A DNA stretch of 23,374 nt from a virus. Within the stretch, counting starts at the first letter, position 1; every line of letters begins with the position of its first letter. A program made the position numbers and the translations under genes. The notes beneath the pieces were generated by a model. It searched no databases. It was not told the DNA's origin and worked only from the letters and a program-made list of their open reading frames with translations. The stretch lies in the UHGV virus genome UHGV-0281963. One strand, written 5' to 3'. This document shows, piece after piece, positions 8,854 through 15,935 of this stretch.

Positions 8854-8975
8854 CTCTGTCGCGGTTTCTATCCGGGGTTCCTAATCCCGACGCCAGATTT
8901 TGCTGGCGTGCGATGAATATAATCCCGGATACGCGACGTTGTCAAACTGATGGCATTGCAGATCCCTACGCAATG

Positions 8976-8990
8976 TAACACTATGTGTTA
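8976..8990. promoter_or_regulatory. 15-bp perfect palindrome TAACACTATGTGTTA, candidate operator of the RelE-like/HTH module
   Basis: Perfect inverted repeat just upstream of toxin ATG 9013; a consensus -10 TATAAT lies at 8918-8923. Confidence 0.4.
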
Positions 8991-9012
8991 TACATTAATA
9001 ACGGAACAAAAA

Positions 9013-9327
9013 ATGCGCATTTTTAAAAACGCCTGGTTTGAGCGATTTGCACGCAAAAACAAAATATCCGACCAGTCACTGCGCGAAATTGTTAAACAGG
9101 CTGATAACGGGCTTATCTCAGCAAACCTGGGTAACGGCGTTATCAAGCAACGTCTGCCACGAGTCGGTGGCGGCAAATCTGGCGGTTATCGCACAATCAT
9201 TTTCTATCGCGTCGGCACAAGGGCCTTTTTCGTATATGCATACGCAAAAAATGAACGTGAAAATATAACCGCTACTGAGGAAGTGCATTTCGGAAGGGGC
9301 TCCTCACGTACTCAATCTAACAGATGA
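9013..9327 (+). CDS. RelE/ParE-superfamily toxin (Gp49/HigB-like)
   Basis: MRIFKNAWFERFARKNKISDQSLREIVKQADNGL...GGGKSGGYRTIIFYRVGTRAFFVYAYAKNERENITATE fits the RelE/ParE-like killer-protein pattern; toxin-first order with a downstream HTH antitoxin is the HigBA-type arrangement. The ORF track offers an upstream start at 8950; I prefer ATG 9013. Confidence 0.7.
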   Translation: MRIFKNAWFERFARKNKISDQSLREIVKQADNGLISANLGNGVIKQRLPRVGGGKSGGYRTIIFYRVGTRAFFVYAYAKNERENITATEEVHFGRGSSRTQSNR

Positions 9328-9374
9328 ACAACTGGCACAACTGATTCTACAGGGTCAGTTTACGGAGGTACCCA

Positions 9375-9692
9375 ATGAGTAAAAATTACCGCAGTGATGC
9401 GCTTGCATCCGTACATGAAATGATGGAATCGCTTCATGATATCGGCGCAGTAACGAAACAGACTATGCGAGAATTCGATGAAACTTGTCTCCAGCCAGCG
9501 CCGGTAATGTCTCCGGAAAGGATCCGTGCACTGCGCGAACGAGAGCATCTGTCTCAACCTGTTTTTGCCAGATACCTCAACGTCAGTAAAAACCTGATAT
9601 CAGACTGGGAACGTGGTGTAAAACGGCCGGGAGGTGCCGCTCTTCGCCTTCTTTCAGTCGTAGAGAAAAACGGAATCCAGGTAATATCATGA
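9375..9692 (+). CDS. HTH (XRE-like) antitoxin/transcriptional regulator, partner of the upstream toxin
   Basis: 105 aa; RBS GGAGG before ATG 9375; helix-turn-helix-like segment LSQPVFARYLNVSKNLISDWERG; 47-bp gap from the toxin stop. Confidence 0.7.
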   Translation: MSKNYRSDALASVHEMMESLHDIGAVTKQTMREFDETCLQPAPVMSPERIRALREREHLSQPVFARYLNVSKNLISDWERGVKRPGGAALRLLSVVEKNGIQVIS

Positions 9693-9706
9693 TACTCCAA
9701 TACAAC

Positions 9707-9728
9707 AAAACCCGCCGAAGCGGGTTTT
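9707..9728. terminator. bidirectional rho-independent terminator between convergent toxin operons
   Basis: aaaacccgc-cgaa-gcgggtttt: GC stem flanked by A-run on one side and T-run on the other; lies between the plus operon (ends 9692) and the minus operon (ends 9743). Confidence 0.6.
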
Positions 9729-9742
9729 CATTAGAAGCACCT

Positions 9743-10228
9743 TTAGTTTTGCTGTTCTATTTTAAGCTTGATAGTTTCATACAAAACAATAGTTGCGCCT
9801 GTTTTACATAATTCCCGGCTGTCATACGCACGAGACCAATAACACAACCAGTTCTCGAGATCTTCTCGAGTATAGGTTTTGCAGGCCAGTCCCTCTGCCA
9901 TTTCCACGATTTCATCGCCTGGTGCTGTTAACTCATAGCCATTCAACAACAAGAAGACATAACCAGCCATCATAGCTGTTCGTTTGTTTGCATTAGCAAA
10001 TGGATGATTCTGAATCAGACTTTCAATCAATACTGATGCCAGTACAAACATGTCATTAGTCTGTTCATACCATCGAACCATGCTGGGACGAGACTGAGAA
10101 GAACTTAAATTATCAACACTCAGCACACTAACAGGTTCATCTGGTGTTTGAAGCTCAATTAAAAGGCGATTAATTTCGGTAAGATCATCAAACGAAAGGT
10201 AGTGCACTCCTTCAACAATCTCAGCCAT
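9743..10228 (-). CDS. doc: Doc-family toxin (Fic/Doc fold)
   Basis: Motif HPFANANKRTA matches the Doc-type Fic motif (HxFx[D/N][A/G]NKR). ATG at 10228-10226 (MAEIVEG...); the ORF-track start at 10237 is a TTG. Confidence 0.75.
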   Translation of the reverse strand: MAEIVEGVHYLSFDDLTEINRLLIELQTPDEPVSVLSVDNLSSSQSRPSMVRWYEQTNDMFVLASVLIESLIQNHPFANANKRTAMMAGYVFLLLNGYELTAPGDEIVEMAEGLACKTYTREDLENWLCYWSRAYDSRELCKTGATIVLYETIKLKIEQQN

Positions 10229-10246
10229 AGAGCACAATACCCATCA

Positions 10247-10426
10247 TTACACTTTTGAAAGTTCTTCCATTGCCTTCTCGTAACGAGAAAAACCGAAATC
10301 GAAAGCATTTTTCACCTGCTCACGATGAGTGCAATTTTCATCGATAGCCGGGCGCGGAGCTGCCACAACGCTTTTATCGCGAGGGGGAATAGTCAATCGC
10401 GGGTGTTTTTTTAGTGCGTAGCTCAT
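10247..10426 (-). CDS. putative antitoxin of the Doc module (small ORF immediately upstream)
   Basis: 59-74 aa ORF ending 18 nt before the Doc ATG; RBS AAGGG before ATG 10426; imperfect palindrome aggctaatg...catagcct (10490-10513) in its upstream region. No recognisable Phd similarity; role inferred from position. Confidence 0.45.
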   Translation of the reverse strand: MSYALKKHPRLTIPPRDKSVVAAPRPAIDENCTHREQVKNAFDFGFSRYEKAMEELSKV

Positions 10427-10544
10427 TGGGTGTACCCTTACTTCTCCGTCCTGTTCTTTAACAAAAATCAAGTCAATACAAAATTAGTCAGGCTAATGTT
10501 GTTAGCATAGCCTAATACCGATCGTATTCACAACCACAGTACGT

Positions 10545-10567
10545 GAAAAAACCCGCCGAAGCGGGTT
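10545..10567 (-). terminator. rho-independent terminator (minus-strand orientation) downstream of hok
   Basis: aaaaaacccgc-cgaa-gcgggtt; same 18-bp core as the 9707-9728 hairpin. Confidence 0.5.
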
Positions 10568-10635
10568 AAGTGCGGGTGCGTTGAGGATGCCTGACACATC
10601 AGAGGTGGCGAGGGATTTCTCCCTCGCCTGGTCTC

Positions 10636-10791
10636 TTACTCCTCAGGTTCGTAAGCTGTGAAGACAGTGACCTCCGTCTGGCCGGTTCGGATTCGTACCT
10701 CGCAGAGGTCTTTCCTCGTTACCAGTGCCGTCACAATGACGGTAATACAGATGACGATCAGGGCGACTAACATCGCCTTTTGCTGCTTCAT
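10636..10791 (-). CDS. hokD: Hok/Gef-family type I toxin (HokD/RelF-like)
   Basis: MKQQKAMLVALIVICITVIVTALVTRKDLCEVRIRTGQTEVTVFTAYEPEE (51 aa) is near-identical to HokD/RelF as I recall it; RBS AGGAGA before ATG 10791. An in-frame upstream ATG at 10848 would add 19 residues (70 aa total). Confidence 0.8.
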   Translation of the reverse strand: MKQQKAMLVALIVICITVIVTALVTRKDLCEVRIRTGQTEVTVFTAYEPEE

Positions 10792-11036
10792 AGCCTGCTT
10801 CTCCTTGCCTTTCGGCGCGTAAGAGGCTAACCTACATGTGTCTAGCATGAAATTGGCCTCAGATTAATGTTAGGCGTCTTGCAGGACGCGTAATGTTAAC
10901 TGGGGCTTTTCTCTGTCTGCCTTACGGTGGCATGCCCGAGGCAGACAGCCTCAAGCACCCGCAGCAATTCTACTTAACTCTCGCTTTACCGCAAACCGTT
11001 TTTACCCGATATGGGAATTCCCATATCGTAATGAAT

Positions 11037-11141
11037 TCAGTTCCCTAGTCGATCCATCAAAAACACAACCAGGCAGTAAACGCCCACAACAGCAATAACA
11101 GCCAGCGCACCTTCCATTGCCAGTGATATATCATCCGACAT
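11037..11141 (-). CDS. small hydrophobic peptide (34 aa)
   Basis: Below the ORF-track size cutoff; found by reading the minus strand: strong RBS GGAGGG (rc of 11145-11150) then ATG 11141; MSDDISLAMEGALAVIAVVGVYCLVVFLMDRLGN. Confidence 0.35.
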   Translation of the reverse strand: MSDDISLAMEGALAVIAVVGVYCLVVFLMDRLGN

Positions 11142-11176
11142 ATTCCCTCCTTTGGTGTTAATCCCGGCGAACGTTT

Positions 11177-11260
11177 TTACCCCCACCGACAAATAACATA
11201 TACTAAAAAAGTGATAGCCATAGCAACGCCTGTAATTGCAAATGCTTCAGGCCAGTTCAT
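11177..11260 (-). CDS. small hydrophobic peptide (27 aa), translationally coupled to the upstream gene
   Basis: ATG 11260-11258 overlaps the stop of the DUF551 gene (ATGA), preceded by GGAGG; MNWPEAFAITGVAMAITFLVYVICRWG. Confidence 0.4.
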   Translation of the reverse strand: MNWPEAFAITGVAMAITFLVYVICRWG

Positions 11261-11841
11261 TGGCGCACCTCCTGCGGCGGTTCTGGTAGCGGCATCCAGT
11301 CGGTTACATTGCGGCTCTGTGTTTCGAAAAATTCATCACCATCACGGACTACATCAAAAAACTCACCGTCTCGATATTGCGCATAAAGAACGAATGCGCC
11401 ATCACATAAAATAATTACGTGCTGACCGTCATCCGGCATTCGCTCACTACAGCTTATCCAACCATCCAGAGTTACCGGATGGTTGGTTGACGTTTCCGAG
11501 ATTTCCCGAAAATTATTGGTTGACGAACCCTTCTTTTCCCGAAAGTTTCCAGCCTGAAGCATGGCGGCGCTGTCTGGCGGGGCAGCATATAGCGGCACGT
11601 ATATTTCCGGTTCCTTATCAGCACCGGGTTGCTCTTCCAGTGAGAATGTCTTTCCGGTAAATCGATTCATATAAAGCACGGGCTCTGCTTCCAGCGAAGC
11701 CTGAGCAACAAGGGCCAGTGCTAAATCCAACTCAATTGCCTCGAGAGAATTTTTGAATGCTGTCTGTTTTACTGCAAATTTCATCGCCTTTACATTTTCA
11801 CTAACATGACTGATTAACTGCTCTTTTGTAAAAGTGGTCAT
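11257..11841 (-). CDS. DUF551-domain phage protein
   Basis: C-terminal region ...HVIILCDGAFVLYAQYRDGEFFDVVRDGDEFFETQSRNVTDWMPLPEPP matches the DUF551 pattern common in lambdoid early regions (family from memory); preferred start ATG 11841 with AAGGAG 6 nt upstream. Confidence 0.65.
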   Translation of the reverse strand: MTTFTKEQLISHVSENVKAMKFAVKQTAFKNSLEAIELDLALALVAQASLEAEPVLYMNRFTGKTFSLEEQPGADKEPEIYVPLYAAPPDSAAMLQAGNFREKKGSSTNNFREISETSTNHPVTLDGWISCSERMPDDGQHVIILCDGAFVLYAQYRDGEFFDVVRDGDEFFETQSRNVTDWMPLPEPPQEVRQ

Positions 11842-11897
11842 CTCATTCTCCTTTGATGCGAATGCCAGCGACAATTGAAGCCTGATAGCTAATTTAC

Positions 11898-12293
11898 TCA
11901 CAGTACCGCCTCCTGAAAATTCCCCTGATAGAAAGCCAGCACGCGCTGCATAACTTCACTATTCCGGCACTCGCGACAGATTATGTTCAGGCGTCTATCG
12001 TAGCGGCGAATTTCTCCGTCTGGTAACTTTCGAATCAATGTCTGGTCAGTTGTTTTCTCCGGTGTCTTACGCCATACGCGATACACCTGTTCTGATGCAA
12101 AAACACCGTATTTACCGGACATGTATAAATCGCCACAAGCCAGTACATCCACAAGGCAACGTCTGACTGAATGCCAGCCTGCTCCCGTCGCTCTCTCCAG
12201 TTGCGATATCGTCATGCGTTCATTTTTGCGTACCAATCCGATAATTCGTGCCTTCAGTTCTTCCCGCTGTTCGTGTGTAAAAGGTTTCGCCAT
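11898..12293 (-). CDS. hypothetical protein (131 aa), possible winged-helix DNA-binding protein
   Basis: ATG 12293 with RBS GGAGG; the ORF-track start at 12308 is a TTG; operon position directly after the upstream gene. Confidence 0.5.
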   Translation of the reverse strand: MAKPFTHEQREELKARIIGLVRKNERMTISQLERATGAGWHSVRRCLVDVLACGDLYMSGKYGVFASEQVYRVWRKTPEKTTDQTLIRKLPDGEIRRYDRRLNIICRECRNSEVMQRVLAFYQGNFQEAVL

Positions 12294-12308
12294 AAGCGCC
12301 TCCGGCAA

Positions 12309-13079
12309 TCACTTTTCCGACACAATACGACCGGATGAATCGACAATCTGTCGAACAATATCCCGGTGCTTGTTCAGCTCCCGCAGCGCGGCGCAGACTC
12401 GCTCCCACTTCTGGACCTGTTTTTTGGCGCGACGAAGTTCTCGACTGGCAGCATGCAGCGATGGAAGCATCACCGAACTGGCAGATTTTTCGGTGAATGA
12501 TGGAACTTCTCGGATAAACTCATCTGTACTGGCCTTTGCCGTGCTCTCTGATGCCAACGGAAAACGATTCATTTCATCGCCTGCCGCGCTGTTTTCTGCG
12601 TCATGGTGTGATTGCTTATTCTGCGATGATAAAGCGCTCAAATCGCCGTTTTCGACATCAGGCATTTTGTAACGGAATTTTCTGTTGCTGATCTCGCGTA
12701 CCAGGCGTCTCGTTGCTGTTACCACCGCCAACGTGGAAGCAACCTTACGAGTGCTGACACCGAACTTCCCCGCCAGTTCCTCACACGTTTTAGCCCCATC
12801 CTGATCGATAAACTCAATCATCATGTCTGCGGTAACTTTTGGAGCGACCTCTTCGGTTACCACATCCGGCGCTTCAGGTTGTAGTGCCTGCCCTTCGGTT
12901 ACCCCGGCTTCACCTTCGACAGCCAGAAACCAGGTGTGACCCGTTTTATCAACAACGCCATTTTTTTTGAGCTCCCACAGTTCGTTGAGAACTTCTTCAC
13001 GGCTGATATCAAGCCGCGCCGCCAGTTCAACAGAATTGGCTTTTCCCATCGCTTTCAGTGCATGCAATACGGTTTCCAT
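12309..13079 (-). CDS. hypothetical phage protein (256 aa) with winged-helix-like segments
   Basis: ORF with ATG 13079, 25 nt downstream of the DnaC-like stop; conserved-looking N-terminal helices (…NSVELAARLDISREEVLNELWELKKNGVV…). Confidence 0.55.
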   Translation of the reverse strand: METVLHALKAMGKANSVELAARLDISREEVLNELWELKKNGVVDKTGHTWFLAVEGEAGVTEGQALQPEAPDVVTEEVAPKVTADMMIEFIDQDGAKTCEELAGKFGVSTRKVASTLAVVTATRRLVREISNRKFRYKMPDVENGDLSALSSQNKQSHHDAENSAAGDEMNRFPLASESTAKASTDEFIREVPSFTEKSASSVMLPSLHAASRELRRAKKQVQKWERVCAALRELNKHRDIVRQIVDSSGRIVSEK

Positions 13080-13104
13080 CGAAAATTTACCTCGTCAAAA
13101 ATTC

Positions 13105-13845
13105 TCACATACCCTGACGTCCAACGTTTGACCGCCAGCTCTCCCAGTTAAAATTCACCCAACGACCACCGTTCATGGTCATCCGGTCCATAATCCTCTC
13201 ACCAAGAAGCGTGCTCATTGCGGCATGATTCAGGTTTGTCAGCATCCCGACACTGCGCAGTGATGCCGTCCGGCGGTCAACAATCTGGTGCAGTACCACC
13301 TGCTCGTTTTTCGTCTCACGCTGGATGCCAATTTCGTCAAGAACCAGGAGGTCCACTTCGCACAGTTCACGCAAAAATTTTTCCCCTGACAGTCCGTCGT
13401 CATAGCTGGCATGTAACGCGCTCATCACATCCGCCACGGTGACCACTATCACGGATTTACCGGCCTTCAGCAGACGATTACCCACAGCCGCCGCCAGATG
13501 ATTTTTTCCGGTTCCCGGATTCCCGCTGAACACGAAGTTTGTATAACCGGTCATCAATTCATCGACAATGGATTTCGCCTGGCTCAGAGCATGGCGCTGA
13601 CCGTCGTTCTGCACCCGGTAGTTCCCGAATGAGCACTTCCTGTGAAGCGGCTGGATGCCCGCACGGTTCAGGATTTTTTCAACCCGCGCCTGATGATTCA
13701 GGCGGTTAATTTCCTCGCTGCGCTTACGGCCCTCAGCCAGTTGCCATTCCCGCCATTCGTCGGTCGTCCGGAACGGTGCTGCCACGTGCGGTGGTGCCAG
13801 ACGGCGCACCCGTTCAAGAATCCCTCCAGTCGAAATGTTTTTCAT
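13105..13845 (-). CDS. DnaC-like replicative helicase loader (IstB-like AAA+ ATPase), YdaV-like
   Basis: Walker A GNPGTGKNHLAAA, Walker B DLLVLDEIG, and overall co-linearity with E. coli DnaC (…CSFGNYRVQNDGQ…MLTNLNHAAMSTLLGERIMDRM…). Confidence 0.85.
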   Translation of the reverse strand: MKNISTGGILERVRRLAPPHVAAPFRTTDEWREWQLAEGRKRSEEINRLNHQARVEKILNRAGIQPLHRKCSFGNYRVQNDGQRHALSQAKSIVDELMTGYTNFVFSGNPGTGKNHLAAAVGNRLLKAGKSVIVVTVADVMSALHASYDDGLSGEKFLRELCEVDLLVLDEIGIQRETKNEQVVLHQIVDRRTASLRSVGMLTNLNHAAMSTLLGERIMDRMTMNGGRWVNFNWESWRSNVGRQGM

Positions 13846-13851
13846 GGCTGA

Positions 13852-14934
13852 TTACCCCCTGAAACCCGGCGGAATTTCGGTGTCCGGTTCAGAAATGTGA
13901 TTCACGCAACGCAGGCTGACTGCGCCAGCCTTCGGCAGCGACCACGGATTTTCGAAATTCCTGTTCGGGCCAAAAAACGTCGATGCCTGCTGAACAAATT
14001 CAGTTCCCGCTTTCCCGGTAGCCTCCAGGTATCTTGCGTAACGCCTCACGCCATCCAGCACGACATCCGGTGACACCCCTTCGCGTAATCTGGCCCTCCA
14101 GGCATTGAACGCGGATTTCTTCGGGTTTGACCCTGCCCGATGCGGATATTCACGCCAGACCCGTTCGAACACGTCAGGATAATCAACTCGTCCCGCAGAC
14201 GGTCCCGGCATCGCCCGGGTTAACCCAATCGGCTTCCCGCTCATCGCGGAATCGGCTTCAGGCTGCTGCGGTTGGCGTTGTTGCTCCGGTTCGACGATCA
14301 GCACCTGCTGCACACAACGCCCGGAATCTGCTTCCGGTGTCGTGCCAGCTGGTCCTGGACGTTCAGTCAGAACAGGACAAAAATCCCCCTGTGGGTCCGT
14401 GGCGATTTTTTCGCCATGGACCAGAAGGGTTTTATCCCTTTCCTGTTCTTGTTCCTGTTCCTGTTCTTGGCTTGAAAGGGGCTCTGAAGGGGCTTCAATT
14501 TTCCGACATGATTCACGTCTGACATCCAGGTGGAAATCATCCTTATATCTATCATAAAAGGATGATAAAAAAGGATTTTCCAGCAACGCGGAATATTCAT
14601 TTCTTACCCCAGCACAACGGTTATCGCCAGGTTTCAGCGATTCACCAACCTGCCATGCTGCCATTTCATGCACCCATACAACCTCAGAATCATGGTCATA
14701 GCTGCAAAAACCAGCCTCGCAAGCCATTTGAAGCCCCTTAGAAGCCCCTTCAGGATCAAGTCCGGTTTCGTGAGCAATGTACAAAACAGGCAGGTAATAA
14801 AGGCCCAGCATATTGGAATGAGGCGAGGTCATCATATACAACGCCACTACCATACTTTCCGGACCAGACTTCCTTAGTTTTCGCCCTGTATCGCCTAACC
14901 AGAACTGAGGTGAAATTGTTGCGTAATTACGCAT
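13852..14934 (-). CDS. phage replication initiation/organiser protein (YdaU-like), with internal QEQEQEQEQE repeat
   Basis: 360-aa ORF immediately upstream of the DnaC-like gene (Rac ydaU-ydaV-like order); RBS GAGGGG before ATG 14934; contains an internal copy of the iteron-like repeat. Confidence 0.7.
   Translation of the reverse strand: MRNYATISPQFWLGDTGRKLRKSGPESMVVALYMMTSPHSNMLGLYYLPVLYIAHETGLDPEGASKGLQMACEAGFCSYDHDSEVVWVHEMAAWQVGESLKPGDNRCAGVRNEYSALLENPFLSSFYDRYKDDFHLDVRRESCRKIEAPSEPLSSQEQEQEQEQERDKTLLVHGEKIATDPQGDFCPVLTERPGPAGTTPEADSGRCVQQVLIVEPEQQRQPQQPEADSAMSGKPIGLTRAMPGPSAGRVDYPDVFERVWREYPHRAGSNPKKSAFNAWRARLREGVSPDVVLDGVRRYARYLEATGKAGTEFVQQASTFFGPNRNFENPWSLPKAGAVSLRCVNHISEPDTEIPPGFRG
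14194..14283. repeat. iteron-like direct repeat, copy A (inside the replication gene)
   Basis: cgcagacggtcccggcatcgcccgggttaacccaatcggcttc...aggctgctgcggttggcgtt recurs at 14966-15027 and 15058-15117. Confidence 0.6.
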
Positions 14935-14965
14935 AGTCCCCTCGCATACAAGATTTACTCCATAC

Positions 14966-15117
14966 CGCAGACGGTCCCGGTATCTCCCGGGTTAACCCAA
15001 TCGGCTTCAGGCTGCTGCGGTTGGTGTGACTGCACATTGGTGTGACTGCACATCTTCACAGACGGTCCCGGTATCTCCGGGTTAACCCAATCGGCTTCAG
15101 GCTGCTGCGGTTGGTGT
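14966..15117. repeat. iteron-like direct repeats, copies B and C, separated by a tandem 16-bp duplication (ttggtgtgactgcaca x2 at 15021-15052)
   Basis: Two near-identical ~60-bp units (gacggtcccggtatctc(c)cgggttaacccaatcggcttcaggctgctgcggttggtgt) upstream of the replication gene start; seen directly in sequence. Confidence 0.6.
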
Positions 15118-15187
15118 TGTTGCTGGCGAAATTCTTCCAGATGTGGCAGAATTATTCCCGTGTATTGCTCCATGCCCTGCCTGAATA

Positions 15188-15484
15188 TCAGATGTTCATC
15201 AGGATTTGCTCAGAACGTCCGGCCCCAACCGGACGTTTTTTATTTGCATGAACGTTAATGGCATGCTGGAAAGCCCGGCTGATCGGACTGATATCAGATG
15301 CCATCTGGAACGCGCATAAAATCGCCGCGATGTATCGCCAGTCGGTACGACTGACCTTCGATTCATGGCAGCCAATCATCTTCGCCAGTCCCCTTTGCGT
15401 CAGAGCTGACAGGTTGATAAGTAAATCCGTTTCAGCGCGATCGATATCGCGCTGTGACAGTTTGCTGTAACTTGTTTGTGACAT
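15188..15484 (-). CDS. cII: CII-like transcriptional activator
   Basis: C-terminus ...NKKRPVGAGRSEQILMNI parallels lambda CII ...NKKRPAATERSEQIQMEF; HTH-like segment LAKMIGCHESKVSRTDWR; located downstream of cro on the same strand. Confidence 0.7.
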   Translation of the reverse strand: MSQTSYSKLSQRDIDRAETDLLINLSALTQRGLAKMIGCHESKVSRTDWRYIAAILCAFQMASDISPISRAFQHAINVHANKKRPVGAGRSEQILMNI

Positions 15485-15550
15485 TTGTTAATTTTCCTAT
15501 ATTGATATGGGGTTAAGCGGCAATCCCCAATGGGTTTGCCACTGATGTTT

Positions 15551-15594
15551 GCTCACCCTGTTAGAGGTGAACGACCAGCAATGTTAAAGAGCGG
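15551..15594 (-). promoter_or_regulatory. nutR-like site (boxA plus candidate boxB) on the minus strand
   Basis: Minus-strand sequence ccGCTCTTTAAcattg (rc of 15579-15594) matches lambda boxA CGCTCTTA; followed by hairpin tcacc-tctaacag-ggtga (rc of 15555-15572). boxB assignment tentative. Confidence 0.5.
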
Positions 15595-15600
15595 TGTTAC

Positions 15601-15825
15601 TTATTCAGCCTGGTTCGGATGAGGAAACAGGTGCGGTAAGTCCGGGCGAATTTCGTAAGCCTTAACCTGACCATTGGTGGCATTAACGATAGCGAAAACT
15701 TTTTCAGGAGAAACTTTTCCGCCTCGCAACCATTTATGAACAGCGGGCTGTGATACGCCGCAATCAGCTGCAAGTCGTTTTTGACTGCCAACAATATTCA
15801 AGGCTCGCTGAATCACTAAATTCAT
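15601..15825 (-). CDS. cro: Cro-like HTH repressor
   Basis: MNLVIQRALNIVGSQKRLAADCGVSQPAVHKWLRGGKVSPEKVFAIVNATNGQV: small HTH protein divergent from cI across the operator region; GAGG 7 nt before ATG 15825. The ORF-track start at 15879 is rejected as a hydrophobic upstream extension. Confidence 0.7.
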   Translation of the reverse strand: MNLVIQRALNIVGSQKRLAADCGVSQPAVHKWLRGGKVSPEKVFAIVNATNGQVKAYEIRPDLPHLFPHPNQAE

Positions 15826-15852
15826 GAGCATACCTCTACAGCAAATAAAGCA

Positions 15853-15924
15853 TAACCAAAAATAACATGAGTTATACACCAGGGCAATAACAATTGTTGT
15901 TTTACTTTTGATAACCGTGGTTAT
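15853..15924. promoter_or_regulatory. OR operator region between cro and cI: ATAAC-N4-GTTAT palindromes
   Basis: ataacatgagttat (15862-15875) and ataaccgtggttat (15911-15924), plus ataaccaaaaataac and palindrome aacaattgtt (15889-15898). Confidence 0.55.
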
Positions 15925-15935
15925 AGATTACAGGT

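Noticed and set aside
8950-9012. Upstream start at 8950 for the RelE-like toxin
   Set aside because: It would place the 15-bp operator palindrome and likely promoter inside the coding sequence; conserved toxin sequence begins at MRIFKN.
10795-10900. Sok antisense RNA partner for hok
   Set aside because: No clear plus-strand promoter and terminator pair was identified by eye; hokD-type loci are reported to lack functional sok.
14194-15126. CRISPR array
   Set aside because: Repeats are long (60-90 bp), irregularly spaced and partly coding; no short regular repeat-spacer architecture anywhere in the window.
15826-15879. N-terminal extension of cro to 15879 (MYNSCYFWLCFICCRG...)
   Set aside because: Cys/Phe-rich extension runs into the operator region; GAGG plus ATG at 15825 gives a standard Cro-sized protein.
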